Source: a virus. Taken from it: a stretch of DNA of 64,000 bases. The translations under genes and the position numbers were made by a program. The notes under the pieces are model-generated. The model was not told the DNA's origin, made no database searches, and saw only the letters and a program-made list of their open reading frames with translations. Below are positions 7,969 through 17,176 of this stretch, one piece after another (within the stretch, counting starts at the first letter, position 1; each line of letters opens with the position of its first letter). The stretch spans positions 1 through 64,000 of IMG/VR virus record IMGVR_UViG_3300034152_001291. The stretch is one strand, 5' to 3'.

Positions 7969-8858
7969 TACCCCTCCGTGTACTCATCGCCTTGTTTCCT
8001 GTCTGAGAACGGACAGGTGACGTCCACGCAGTGGCCGTCAGAGTTCAGAGAAGACCCACACCTCTCGCACTTGGGACCGATCACGCCGTCCCACCAGCCG
8101 AGGTTTTCGGCTGTGTTGAGAAGGCAGTCTGTGAGCCAGCCTGACATGTTGAACCGGCCCGAATTGACGCGAATGCTTTCGCGCAGATTGCCGTCTGCGT
8201 GCCGCTCCGATGCGGCCTTCCAGTCCGCGAGCATCTCGATGAGGTCGAGGAGGTTCATCGAGTGAATCCCGCTCTCGAAGTGCTCCGGATGGTGACGGTT
8301 GTGCGTGTAGTGGTGGTCAAGGGCCGGCTTCATGGCAGCGAGGAAGCCCTTGTACTCCTCGCTCCCGTAGGTCGAGTGCTTGAGCTTCGGAATGAACTCG
8401 TCGAAGATCGCCTTCTCGGGATCCTTGAGCTTGCTTGCGTCGTGCTCGCGGCCACGATCAACCAGCTCGGCAGCCACCGTCCCTACGAGCTGGAACACGC
8501 GCTTTCGGTGCTCCATCGTGTCTTGGGTCGAGTCGTAGGGTGCCTCGTCCTTCTCATCCCTCTTGGTCATGAGGGTGCGGATGAGTGCCACGAGGTCCTC
8601 TTCCCGGGTGTCTGGATCGAGGTAGGTCAGGATCTCCTTGTTGTTCATGCCGCTGGCGATGAGTTCGGCGATCCACTCGTCGAAGCCCATCGCACCCTGC
8701 TGGTCGTGTTCGGGGATCACGGCCACGCACTTGGCGTCTCCTGGCTCTCCGAAAGGACACGGCTCGCACTGGCTGGAGTCGTGGATGTTCCACGCCCCGC
8801 AATCACGGTTCGGGAATCTCTTGTTGCACTCCTCCGCCTTGTTGCATTTCACCTTCAT
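7968..8858 (-). CDS. DUF5662-like (HD-type) domain protein
   Basis: RGREHDASKL, HHYTHNRHHPEHF, MNLLDLIEMLADW. Confidence 0.75.
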   Translation of the reverse strand: MKVKCNKAEECNKRFPNRDCGAWNIHDSSQCEPCPFGEPGDAKCVAVIPEHDQQGAMGFDEWIAELIASGMNNKEILTYLDPDTREEDLVALIRTLMTKRDEKDEAPYDSTQDTMEHRKRVFQLVGTVAAELVDRGREHDASKLKDPEKAIFDEFIPKLKHSTYGSEEYKGFLAAMKPALDHHYTHNRHHPEHFESGIHSMNLLDLIEMLADWKAASERHADGNLRESIRVNSGRFNMSGWLTDCLLNTAENLGWWDGVIGPKCERCGSSLNSDGHCVDVTCPFSDRKQGDEYTEG

Positions 8859-9273
8859 CCGGCTTCTCCTCCGATTGGATCATGCCCGTCATCACCATCA
8901 CATCGTGCTCGATGAACATGAAGCGGTGTTTCAAGGCGAACTCCACGATCTTCTCGTCGTCGAATAGGCGACGGAACGCCTCCTCTTTGAGGACGGCCCA
9001 GCCGCCGCTCCTCCACGGGTTGGGCCTCTTCTCCTTTTCCCAGCCTGGTTTGGACTTGGCGGCGTCGATGCCGATCATGATGATGCCCTGCTTCATCCAG
9101 TCGGCGCACTTCTGGCATGGCTCCATGTCGATGACCTTGCCGTCGAGCGGGGCCAGGTCCTTAGTCGGCTGCATGCCTTTCTTGGTCTGGTAGTAGTTCT
9201 TGGCCAGGAGGATGCGGTCGCCCTCCAGGCAGTAAAAGCACTTGGTCAGCGCTACGTGTTGTCTATCTCCCAT
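8803..9273 (-). CDS. hypothetical protein
   Basis: CFYC, EPCQKC, NPWRSG. Confidence 0.65.
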   Translation of the reverse strand: MGDRQHVALTKCFYCLEGDRILLAKNYYQTKKGMQPTKDLAPLDGKVIDMEPCQKCADWMKQGIIMIGIDAAKSKPGWEKEKRPNPWRSGGWAVLKEEAFRRLFDDEKIVEFALKHRFMFIEHDVMVMTGMIQSEEKPDEGEMQQGGGVQQEIPEP

Positions 9274-9472
9274 CGCCCTGCTCTCCTCCTTCCGTGTCTT
9301 CCGATCTCAACGGCACCAGGACCCACGCCTTCACCCAAACACCGTCTTCGCCGACGGAGTACTCGGTGGGGTCGTCGATCTCGAGCATGTCGTCGCTCTT
9401 GTGCGCGTACATCTTCCGCGCTTGCTCGAGGTAGTACCTCTTCTGTTCGTCGGTGAGTTCGTCACTCGCCAT
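9263..9472 (-). CDS. hypothetical protein, paralog of 3184..3510
   Basis: EIDD...EDGVWVKAWVLV. Confidence 0.65.
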   Translation of the reverse strand: MASDELTDEQKRYYLEQARKMYAHKSDDMLEIDDPTEYSVGEDGVWVKAWVLVPLRSEDTEGGEQGDGR

Positions 9473-10301
9473 CCTCTTCTCCTTTCGGCACGGCCACCTG
9501 GACGGTCTTCGGCACCATGATCTGCTTCTCTACCACCTTGTGGTTCTTCACGAAGTCGATGAAGGCCTTGACCACTCTCTCCACGGTCTTGTCGAAATCC
9601 CAGACCACGTTCACGCGCCACCTCAGCGAGTCGATGTCCCAGGACTCGAAGTCCTCCCCGTCGTCGTCCACGCCCTTGTAGGGGTACGTGAAGGTCTGCA
9701 TGTGGGTCTTCGTGAAGTCGTGGAGGGTTCCTTCGGCGTTGCAGCGACCGCATTTGTTGGAGCCCACCTTGCCGTTCTTCTCCACGTCCTTCTTGGCGCG
9801 CCTCACGATCTCCACCACCCGCTCGACGGAGAGACCGAGCTTCACGATCTCGGACTGTGTTGGATAGATGTCTGGGACCCAGTGGTCCTTATCGAGAACG
9901 TAGACGTAGCACGCCCACTCTGCGTCGGTCAGGTCCTCCGGTTTGGCCGGCACGTTCCTGCGGTAGTTGAGTTGACCGCAGTTGTGGCAGTAGCGCTTGT
10001 ACCCGGACGGCTTCATGCCGCCCGTGTACAGCACGAGGTAGCCGCTGGATCGCCCGTTGCTGAAGATCTGCCATTCGTACTTGTGACGCTCCTCGAACTG
10101 CCGAATGATGTCCTTGCCCTCCCTGAAGGCCTCTTCGGTCTGAAGGAAGTCGTAGCCGTCGAGGTCGTCGGACATGATCCGGTGGAGTTTTACGTTGGCG
10201 GCGTAGCTCGTGGACCGATTCCACGAGTTGCCAGTGTAGTAGCGAAAGTGGTTTTCCAGGTACTCAACCATCGCCTTCTTGGTTCTCGGCTTCCTGGCCA
10301 T
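9462..10301 (-). CDS. hypothetical protein, paralog of 3507..4097, with Cys-rich insertion
   Basis: EYLENHFRYYTGNSWN, NGRSSGYLVLY, YCHNCGQLNY; GGAGG RBS. Confidence 0.75.
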   Translation of the reverse strand: MARKPRTKKAMVEYLENHFRYYTGNSWNRSTSYAANVKLHRIMSDDLDGYDFLQTEEAFREGKDIIRQFEERHKYEWQIFSNGRSSGYLVLYTGGMKPSGYKRYCHNCGQLNYRRNVPAKPEDLTDAEWACYVYVLDKDHWVPDIYPTQSEIVKLGLSVERVVEIVRRAKKDVEKNGKVGSNKCGRCNAEGTLHDFTKTHMQTFTYPYKGVDDDGEDFESWDIDSLRWRVNVVWDFDKTVERVVKAFIDFVKNHKVVEKQIMVPKTVQVAVPKGEEDGE

Positions 10302-10462
10302 CACGTCCTCCGATTCGGGCAGCCGTGCTCGTGGCACGCCACGCCATTGATCACGATGGCTTCGCACTGGCTGCACCGCACAACCCACATGCCTTCCGAC
10401 CGGTCGTACTCGGACAGGTCGAATCCGCGGTCTCGCAAGTCTTGCGTCTTGCTCTTGGCCAT
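10301..10462 (-). CDS. small Cys-rich protein
   Basis: RCSQCEAIVINGVACHEHGCPN; AAGGAGG RBS. Confidence 0.65.
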   Translation of the reverse strand: MAKSKTQDLRDRGFDLSEYDRSEGMWVVRCSQCEAIVINGVACHEHGCPNRRT

Positions 10463-10941
10463 CACACCTCCTTGATCAGGTCTTGCATGAACCTCTCTTC
10501 GGGACCGCGAGGCTTGATCCCTCCGAGCCCACATCCTTCGGCCAGGGCGACCCACTTATGGCCTCGAGCGTCGAGGATGTGGACACCGTAGCCCTCGAGA
10601 GCTTCGAGGAGGTCCTCAGAAGCGATGCGGCCTGTGGCCGTGATGCAGGGGAACTTGAGACCGCGGAGTGCGCGGAGAAGGGAGAGCTCCTTTCCGACCT
10701 CGGGGTTCCAGTGGTCCTTCCGGTGACAGAGAGCCGACCCCCTCGCCGAGATGAACGGAGGGAGACCCTCGGGCGTCTCCTCGTTGATGAGCAGGCAGCT
10801 CATCATGAATCGGTGGCGTCCGGGGCCGCGCTTCGGGATGGGTGTGCGGTGGACGAAGAAGTGAACGGCGAGTTCCTTCTTCTTTACCTGGTTCATCAGG
10901 TGGGGGAGCAAAGACCCCACCTTCTTTTTGTCTTCTTTCAT
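10462..10941 (-). CDS. hypothetical protein
   Basis: G.ALCH.KD.WN.EVGKELSL.RAL; AGGAGG RBS. Confidence 0.65.
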   Translation of the reverse strand: MKEDKKKVGSLLPHLMNQVKKKELAVHFFVHRTPIPKRGPGRHRFMMSCLLINEETPEGLPPFISARGSALCHRKDHWNPEVGKELSLLRALRGLKFPCITATGRIASEDLLEALEGYGVHILDARGHKWVALAEGCGLGGIKPRGPEERFMQDLIKEV

Positions 10942-10957
10942 GCGGAAACCTCCTGGA

Positions 10958-11332
10958 TCAGGTTGAACCCTTCTTGATCATCACCATCCCGTTCGGCATG
11001 GGCCCCGCGCCCAGCGTGAAGTAGCCGTGCCAGGGACAGTGGAACACGTTCCAATGGTTCCCGTCCTGGCTGTTGGGCCGCGCCCCGCAGAGCGGACAGC
11101 TGGGCCAGTTGGCTGGGTCGTCGAATCGGTGTGGGTTGGACAAGTGAGAGAGGTCTTCTTCCTGCTTGACCTTCATGTCCAGATGGACATGTCCGTACCG
11201 AAGGTTCTCGATCAGCACGACGAAGTCATGGACCACCTCGTCCTTCTCGTAGTCCATGAGGTAGCTGACGATCTCCTCGCGTGTCTTGCCCTCGTCCATC
11301 CAGCGTTCCAGGTCTTCCAGGAAACCACTCAT
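10958..11332 (-). CDS. hypothetical protein with C-terminal zinc finger
   Basis: CPLC...CPWH. Confidence 0.6.
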   Translation of the reverse strand: MSGFLEDLERWMDEGKTREEIVSYLMDYEKDEVVHDFVVLIENLRYGHVHLDMKVKQEEDLSHLSNPHRFDDPANWPSCPLCGARPNSQDGNHWNVFHCPWHGYFTLGAGPMPNGMVMIKKGST

Positions 11333-11580
11333 TCCTCATCCTCCACATCGTTCCCATGCTCATCGAGCTGGAAGAACTCTGGATCCGAACCCTGCATGAT
11401 GAGCCGCTCGGCCATCTTCTTGCCGTCAATGATCTTGTGCTTGGTGATGTTGTAGTCGCCGGAGCAGTCGCCCTCTGTTATGGCATAGACGATTCCAGAG
11501 AGGCCCATAGCGCTGAGGTCCAGCTCGTCCTCGCTCAGCACCTCGATCCCGGCCACGTACTTCGCTTGTAGGCGTTTCAT
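11329..11580 (-). CDS. hypothetical protein (QGSDPEFF)
   Basis: In frame with track ORF; tiled. Confidence 0.6.
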   Translation of the reverse strand: MKRLQAKYVAGIEVLSEDELDLSAMGLSGIVYAITEGDCSGDYNITKHKIIDGKKMAERLIMQGSDPEFFQLDEHGNDVEDEE

Positions 11581-11849
11581 TCGTTCCCTTCCTTTTCCTC
11601 GAGCCACCTTTCCAAATCCTCGACCCTGTCGAAGGTGAAGATCGGACCATCCCGGGTGAAGATCGCGTTGAGGAGACGCTCCTCTTTGCACATGTCTTCC
11701 CGGTAGTTGCTCCAGTCCGCCTGAATCTCTCCGCTGCCGTCAGCGAAGAGGACCAGGCGTAGCATCTGGATCTTCAGGTTGTCGCGGACGCCTTTCAGCA
11801 TTCGCTTCTCGATGCTTTCCAACCTCTCGCAGAGAGTCCTCAGATTCAT
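11577..11849 (-). CDS. hypothetical protein, paralog of 7675..7968
   Basis: Shared FADGSG/ADWS/LERWL motifs. Confidence 0.7.
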   Translation of the reverse strand: MNLRTLCERLESIEKRMLKGVRDNLKIQMLRLVLFADGSGEIQADWSNYREDMCKEERLLNAIFTRDGPIFTFDRVEDLERWLEEKEGNE

Positions 11850-12493
11850 CAGACCTCTTCCTCCGGCCGCTCGGCCTCTTTGGCGGGATCGAGGGGACTG
11901 AAGATGTCGGGCAGGCCGGGCTCGTCCTTCGCCTCGATCTCGAACATGTCGTTCGGAAGGGGCGTGACCGAGAACCACTTGCTGCGGTGGATCAGCGCTT
12001 CCGTCACCTCGTGAGTAACGTGGCGCTTGACGATGACGGAGACTTTGGCGGGCTTAGATCCTACTCGGCAGGGTGTGCAGACTCCAAGGACGGTGGGGCC
12101 GCCGCACACTGCGCAACGAGGTTCTGGGGGATCCTTCTCGTCCGGAACGATTTCGATATCGCCGCCCGTCCTGGCGAGGATCTTCTCTTGCTCGCTGGCC
12201 GCGCTCTCGGCGATTCGAATCGACCTGCGCTTCATCTGTTCTCCTCCAATGAGTTTCGGGTCTTCTTCGCGAGTCCGCTTGCGGTACTCCCGTGTGATCG
12301 TGTCGATCACGCTCTTCAGCGTGTTTCCGGCCTTCAGGGGCCTGACGCAGAGAAGATTCTCGGCTTTGAATCTACCGACCTGCTTCACGAGTACGTCTCC
12401 ATTCTCGGCGAAACGGTCGATCTCGAAGGCTACGACGTAAGGAAACGGGTGGTGCTTGAAGAAGCCTATCAGCCGTGGTTGCATCGGCATCAC
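11849..12493 (-). CDS. hypothetical protein
   Basis: ORF track; AAAGGAG RBS. Confidence 0.55.
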   Translation of the reverse strand: MMPMQPRLIGFFKHHPFPYVVAFEIDRFAENGDVLVKQVGRFKAENLLCVRPLKAGNTLKSVIDTITREYRKRTREEDPKLIGGEQMKRRSIRIAESAASEQEKILARTGGDIEIVPDEKDPPEPRCAVCGGPTVLGVCTPCRVGSKPAKVSVIVKRHVTHEVTEALIHRSKWFSVTPLPNDMFEIEAKDEPGLPDIFSPLDPAKEAERPEEEV

Positions 12494-12520
12494 TCCTTTT
12501 CATCTGGTTGCTCGTGCGAC

Positions 12521-13060
12521 TCACTCCTCCTCTTCCACGGTCTCGCTCTTGGGGCAGTCGCACTCGCCGCTGCATCTGTAGGCGCAGTCGGGGGCGTGGG
12601 ACCTGTCGGGCCCCCAGCGGGTCTCGCCGGGCATGATGGCGCACAGCATGGTGCCGCAGGAGGTGCAGCGCCCCCCGTCCACGTCTTCCTGGCTGTGATG
12701 CTTTCCGCAGCCGGGACAGTGTTCGCCATCGTCGAGGACGATTTCCTCAACCCATGCCGTCCACGTATCAACGGTGGCCGGCGTATCACCCGTGAATCCG
12801 CCGAAGCCAGACGCCCGGATTGCGAGGTCCGCGAGCAGGTCCTTGAGTTCCGCGATATCGAGACCGCCAGGATTGTATTCCACCTCGATGACGAGGCGGA
12901 GCTTCCGCGGGCGAAACTTCTCATGGCAGTGGAGGCAAACGATGCCCGACTCCCCCTCGTTCGCCGAATCCGCGTTGTATGGGAGCCTGGAGAAGGGGAT
13001 GAAGGCACCGTCCTCGATCTCCAGTCCGCAGTGGTCACAATACCTTGGTTCCTGCGTCAT
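12521..13060 (-). CDS. Cys-rich hypothetical protein
   Basis: Multiple CxxC pairs. Confidence 0.6.
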   Translation of the reverse strand: MTQEPRYCDHCGLEIEDGAFIPFSRLPYNADSANEGESGIVCLHCHEKFRPRKLRLVIEVEYNPGGLDIAELKDLLADLAIRASGFGGFTGDTPATVDTWTAWVEEIVLDDGEHCPGCGKHHSQEDVDGGRCTSCGTMLCAIMPGETRWGPDRSHAPDCAYRCSGECDCPKSETVEEEE

Positions 13061-13064
13061 GACG

Positions 13065-13262
13065 TCACCATCCAATCTTCTTGGAGATTTCCGGACTGAA
13101 CCGGCCGATCTCCTGAAACCTCTTCTCGAAGTATTCGGCGATCTCCGTGCCGATCACGAAGTACGGGTGGCCTGCCGGGGCGAACCGCCACAGGCGGCAC
13201 ATATCCTCCCGGGTCATTGCGTCGATCTTGGCCTTGTGCTCGGCGATTTGTTCAGGTGTCAT
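13065..13262 (-). CDS. hypothetical protein (LWRFAPAGHPYF...FSPEISKKIGW)
   Basis: ORF track; AAAGGAG RBS. Confidence 0.7.
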   Translation of the reverse strand: MTPEQIAEHKAKIDAMTREDMCRLWRFAPAGHPYFVIGTEIAEYFEKRFQEIGRFSPEISKKIGW

Positions 13263-13272
13263 CAGGCTCCTT

Positions 13273-13533
13273 TCAGTGCTTCACGATACGACCGGTCGAG
13301 TTCGCCATTCGGTGTGCGGCCTCCGCGTCGCACCCGACTTCGCACGTCGACGACCAGGTGCTGGAGATTGACAGGGAGCCGTCGTGCTCGACAAAGACCA
13401 TTCCGGCGCTCTCCGGCTTCCGGCCTTTCGGGACGTGACTGACGTGGCTCTCCATGGTGTCGAAGAAGTCGAAGACGCCGTCGACCTCGACGAACTTGTA
13501 CGATTCGTTCCTTTCCAGGTTCTCGTGGTTCAT
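13273..13533 (-). CDS. hypothetical protein
   Basis: MNHENL start with GGAGG RBS. Confidence 0.55.
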   Translation of the reverse strand: MNHENLERNESYKFVEVDGVFDFFDTMESHVSHVPKGRKPESAGMVFVEHDGSLSISSTWSSTCEVGCDAEAAHRMANSTGRIVKH

Positions 13534-13888
13534 CGGTCTCCTCCGGCGAGGTTGGTGGGGAATCCAGGGTCGTAGGGGTCCTTCTCCTCCTCGGGAGGGT
13601 CGCCGCCCCTGGCGAAATACTCGTCGTGGGTGTTCCGTATCTCCAGGTTGTCCACTTCGATCCGGTCCGAGACTCGTTCGCACCACTCCTCGTGGGCGCC
13701 GTTCTCGGGATCGAAGTAGAGGTCGATAGCCTCGTCCATGTCTTCGGGGAAGCCGCCGCACTTTAGTGCGTGCGGAGTGTCACGAACTCGTAGACCTTCT
13801 TCCTGGCCTCCTCGTCCGTCGCGCCCAGGAAGACGTCCGTTCCGTGCCTGTGGTGGACGACGTAGCCGTGGATGATGGCGTAGTTCAT
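13530..13888 (-). pseudogene. hypothetical gene interrupted by a 35-bp insertion
   Basis: MNYAIIHGYVVHHRHG...KKVYEF stops inside the insert; deleting 13749-13783 joins it in frame to PEDMDEAIDLYF... Confidence 0.6.
13749..13783 (+). mobile_element. IS200/IS605-family right-end remnant (hairpin + TCAC)
   Basis: GAAGCCGCCGCAC-TTTA-GTGCGTGCGGAGTGTCAC resembles tnpB-element right ends; exact removal restores the host frame. Confidence 0.6.
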
Positions 13889-13897
13889 GGTCTCCTC

Positions 13898-14119
13898 CTA
13901 CGAGCCCATCCTCTTCTCGTATTCCCGGTCCTCGAGCTCCTGGTCGATGACGTCGGCGTTCCGCTCGATGTACTCCTGGACCAACGGCCACTCTTCGAGC
14001 CAGGTCTGGCCGCGGAGCCAGTCGAGGTAGGTCGCCGGGACGATCTTCATGGCCCGTCCCTTGTACTTCCCGAACGGCATGGGACTGGAATCGGTGAGTC
14101 TGGGTCGTCTCTCGGACAC
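13898..14119 (-). CDS. DUF3820-like small protein
   Basis: MPFGKYKG...VPATYLDWL. Confidence 0.75.
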   Translation of the reverse strand: MSERRPRLTDSSPMPFGKYKGRAMKIVPATYLDWLRGQTWLEEWPLVQEYIERNADVIDQELEDREYEKRMGS

Positions 14120-14225
14120 AGGTGCCTCCTTTCAGCTGATTTCGTAGACCACATAGGTTTTGCATTCCATGCCGTCGAACGGGCTGGACCGCAGGGCGTT
14201 GAAGACTTTTTCCGCGATCGCGGCA

Positions 14226-14678
14226 TCATGCCTCCTCTTCTGCGGCCTGCATGGAGTCCCGAAGACGCTCGGCGTCGCGCCAGACCGGCGCCTCGAATCC
14301 TCCCTGGTTCTTCTCCCATTCCAGGAGCCGGTTCAGGATGTCTACGACGGGATCGGGTTCGGGCGCCGTTCTCTCGGAGGGAGGGATCTTCTTGGCGATG
14401 ACCGGTCGCAGGGAAGCAATCGTCTCGGCCATGAGGTCAAGCTCCTTCCAGATCTCCTTCTCGATGTCTTCCGCGCTGAAGTCTTCGGGAAGATCATCGG
14501 AGTCCCAGATGTTGATGCCGCCGAACAGGATTCGGACGAAGCCGTCTGTCGTTTCCATAACGAGAGAGTAGGACATGCCCCCGCTGGCGTACTGTGCCTC
14601 GGAGATGTCGCTATCGATTCTGGACAAGATCCCCATGATCATGACGGCGAGCGTGTTCGTCGCTTCTCTGTCCATCAT
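14226..14678 (-). CDS. hypothetical protein
   Basis: MMDREAT start with AAAGGAG RBS. Confidence 0.6.
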   Translation of the reverse strand: MMDREATNTLAVMIMGILSRIDSDISEAQYASGGMSYSLVMETTDGFVRILFGGINIWDSDDLPEDFSAEDIEKEIWKELDLMAETIASLRPVIAKKIPPSERTAPEPDPVVDILNRLLEWEKNQGGFEAPVWRDAERLRDSMQAAEEEA

Positions 14679-14695
14679 TGGTTGATGCTCCTTTC

Positions 14696-15064
14696 TCAAA
14701 ATCCCATCCGTCGCGCGTAATCCATCTCTCGTTTGAATTCGGCGTCGGCCCGAATCTTCTCCCAGTACCGATCGAGCGCCTCCTTCTGGTCGTCGGAGAG
14801 ATTCTCTTCCTCGGGGACCAGCACGACTCGCCGGCCGTGGCAGACGGAGCACGGAACGTCGTACCAGCCTTTGTGGTATTGCTCTGCGAAGTCCGGATCC
14901 TCGGCGAAGTCCTCGGCCGTGATCCCGTCGGAGAATGCCTCGTGGTCGTGGACGCCGCGCCCCCGGCACCGCTCGCAGACTTCGTATCTGCCGGGCAGTT
15001 CCTCTTTGTGTTCGCAGCCCTCTTCGTCTTCCCATGTGAACTTGATTGTCATTGACCTTGACAT
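14696..15064 (-). CDS. DnaJ-type zinc-finger-like protein
   Basis: YEVCERCRGRG...YDVPCSVCHGRRV. Confidence 0.65.
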   Translation of the reverse strand: MSRSMTIKFTWEDEEGCEHKEELPGRYEVCERCRGRGVHDHEAFSDGITAEDFAEDPDFAEQYHKGWYDVPCSVCHGRRVVLVPEEENLSDDQKEALDRYWEKIRADAEFKREMDYARRMGF

Positions 15065-15078
15065 ATCTTGTCTCCGTT

Positions 15079-15384
15079 TCAAAGGAGTCGCTCCTTGTCG
15101 ATGTGGCCTCCTCGGAAACAGCCGCCGAATACGGCGAACAGGCTCATGGCGGTCCCGCCTTTCTCGAGATCGAACCACTCGTCGTAGCATTTCGCGCCTT
15201 CCATAACGACCCGGCTGCCGAGAGCCACCGCTTCTTCGTGATCCTTGAGCGGCTTGCTGAGGAGATGGACGTTCTTTCCCTTCACGATCACCTGGGGGCC
15301 GGCGCTGTCAGTGGCCGCGGTGATCTTGTTGCCTTGGGGGTCTTTTCCCAGGTCATCGAACCGGAGCCTCGTTTTTCTGGTCAT
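15079..15384 (-). CDS. hypothetical protein
   Basis: MTRKTRL start with GGAGG RBS. Confidence 0.55.
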   Translation of the reverse strand: MTRKTRLRFDDLGKDPQGNKITAATDSAGPQVIVKGKNVHLLSKPLKDHEEAVALGSRVVMEGAKCYDEWFDLEKGGTAMSLFAVFGGCFRGGHIDKERLL

Positions 15385-15397
15385 GAGCTGTCCTCCG

Positions 15398-15643
15398 CTA
15401 CTGGGGCACGATCGTGATTTCGGTCCTGACCTCCATCTCGAAGGGAACCATCTCGACCCGGAAGAGGTCGTATCTCTGGAGGATCTCGTCACGCGTCGCG
15501 AATCCGTTGCCGATCTCCTCCTCGATAACGCTTCCGATGACCTCCAGCGACCCGGCGACCAGGACGGTTTCAAAACTGTCGTCCTCGGCCATGACGTAGA
15601 GGCCCTCGTCTTTCTTTTTCTTCGCCTTCTTTTTCGTGGCCAT
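15398..15643 (-). CDS. hypothetical protein
   Basis: ORF track; AGGAGG RBS. Confidence 0.6.
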   Translation of the reverse strand: MATKKKAKKKKDEGLYVMAEDDSFETVLVAGSLEVIGSVIEEEIGNGFATRDEILQRYDLFRVEMVPFEMEVRTEITIVPQ

Positions 15644-15683
15644 GACTTTCCTCCTGGTTGGACCGGTTCCCCGGGTCCAAGTC

Positions 15684-16175
15684 TCATTTTTCGCTCAGCC
15701 ATTCGGGAGGATCCTTGGGGTCCCCAAACAGCACGTAGTCGTCCGTCTTCGCCATCTCTTCCGCGGGAAGACACCGGATGGGGACAGTCCAGTAGGGGGC
15801 GCGATCCAGGTACTTGTCGATGTTGGCGAGGAGTAGCGCTCTCTTCTGGCCGGACACGATCTTGACCAGGTCGATCCCCCGGACTACATGGACGTGCTTG
15901 AAGTTCTCGTAGGCGGATTCCATGGTCTCCAGGTAGCGCTGCTTCTTGCGCCGGCCCTTCTTCTGGGGCTTGGTGATCTTTCGCTTGAACCGGACGACCA
16001 CGAACTGCTTCCTCAGGGAGGCGAGGAGCTGGGTCGCGCGGAGCACCACCTGGTAGTGCTGCCAGGAGGAGGACTTGATCTCGTAGATGTCGCCTTCGGA
16101 GATGCCGAAGGCCTCGAGGCAGAATTCTTCCGCCAGGTTCCCGGCCTTCTTTATCCGTCTTGCTTTCGCGCCCAC
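15684..16175 (-). CDS. hypothetical protein, possibly a degenerate PD-(D/E)xK nuclease fold
   Basis: GNLAEEF...GDIYEIKS; weak motif only. Confidence 0.5.
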   Translation of the reverse strand: MGAKARRIKKAGNLAEEFCLEAFGISEGDIYEIKSSSWQHYQVVLRATQLLASLRKQFVVVRFKRKITKPQKKGRRKKQRYLETMESAYENFKHVHVVRGIDLVKIVSGQKRALLLANIDKYLDRAPYWTVPIRCLPAEEMAKTDDYVLFGDPKDPPEWLSEK

Positions 16176-16206
16176 CTCTCCTCCATCACCTTGTCGAGAG
16201 GATCCA

Positions 16207-16413
16207 TCAGATTCTTCCTCCTTCGAGAAGCGCGACGAAATCCGCCACCGACACGGTGGACATGCCCGTCTTCACGAGGTGACCGTACTTCTCCTCGTAA
16301 CTCCAGGTGTTCCAGTCATTCTTGGACTGGGCATAGGCGGCGATCACGGCCTCCCGCGGCGAGCAGCTGAACGTCTGCTCCTCTCCCGTCATCGTGTTCA
16401 AAACCGTGGTCAT
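16207..16413 (-). CDS. hypothetical protein (AVIAAYAQ..NDWNTW.Y)
   Basis: In frame with track ORF; tiled. Confidence 0.6.
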   Translation of the reverse strand: MTTVLNTMTGEEQTFSCSPREAVIAAYAQSKNDWNTWSYEEKYGHLVKTGMSTVSVADFVALLEGGRI

Positions 16414-17054
16414 GCCTGACCCTCCATGATTTCGGCGCGGACCTTCATGAGGATCTTGCCGAGGTGGTCTTCTCCGTTCCCTCGATGGACGCCCCAGAAC
16501 GTGTCGCCCCACCAGTTGGCGTGAATGATGCGGTGGGGGAACGTCTCGACCAGCCTCTCCCCCAGGTACTTGCTGCCGGTGAACTTGACCCGGACGATGT
16601 TCTCCATGATCTGGATCTTCACGTCTTCCCAGTCCGGACGAACCGAGATCTCGCGCCCGTCCCTCTTCGCCGATTTGGCGTCAGGAAGGGCGGCGATGGC
16701 CTCCCGGACCCTGGGATTGAGCGACTTGGCCGCCTGGTAGGCGTGCTCGGCCGAGGGGTAGTTGAGGCCCTCGTAGGGGACGAGGCAGGGGTAGAAGTTG
16801 GACAGGAAGAAGTGCTCGCCCCTGAAGATGTCGATGCTCATGGACTTGCTCTCCGAAACCGGGCGGGGATCTCTCATGGTCTGGCTCTCGTCGAGCTTCG
16901 TCCCGCAGAACATGCAGAACTTGGGCTGGACCAGGAGCGTCGCCCCCTCCCAGTCCTGGATGAAGTCGGCGAGCTCGACGGGCTCGGGGATTTCGGGGTC
17001 GACGTAGATGATTCCGACGTGGAACTTCGCCCTCATGTTGCAGCAATATGCCAT
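16410..17054 (-). CDS. NADAR (YbiA-like) domain protein with N-terminal Cys-rich extension
   Basis: FLSNFY, YPSAEHAYQAAK, DWEDVK, KF, DTFWG, GEDHLGKILMKVR. Confidence 0.88.
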   Translation of the reverse strand: MAYCCNMRAKFHVGIIYVDPEIPEPVELADFIQDWEGATLLVQPKFCMFCGTKLDESQTMRDPRPVSESKSMSIDIFRGEHFFLSNFYPCLVPYEGLNYPSAEHAYQAAKSLNPRVREAIAALPDAKSAKRDGREISVRPDWEDVKIQIMENIVRVKFTGSKYLGERLVETFPHRIIHANWWGDTFWGVHRGNGEDHLGKILMKVRAEIMEGQA

Positions 17055-17176
17055 CAGAGGTCCTCCTCTTCTTCCTCGGTGAAATCTTCCGGCCTGGTAA
17101 GGCGCAGGAGCAGCGCCGCGACGAGTGCCGGCCCGACGGTCAGGATGACGGCGGCCACGATTGAACAGGGCTCCAT
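17054..17176 (-). CDS. small membrane protein
   Basis: One hydrophobic segment plus acidic tail; GGAGG RBS. Confidence 0.5.
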   Translation of the reverse strand: MEPCSIVAAVILTVGPALVAALLLRLTRPEDFTEEEEEDL

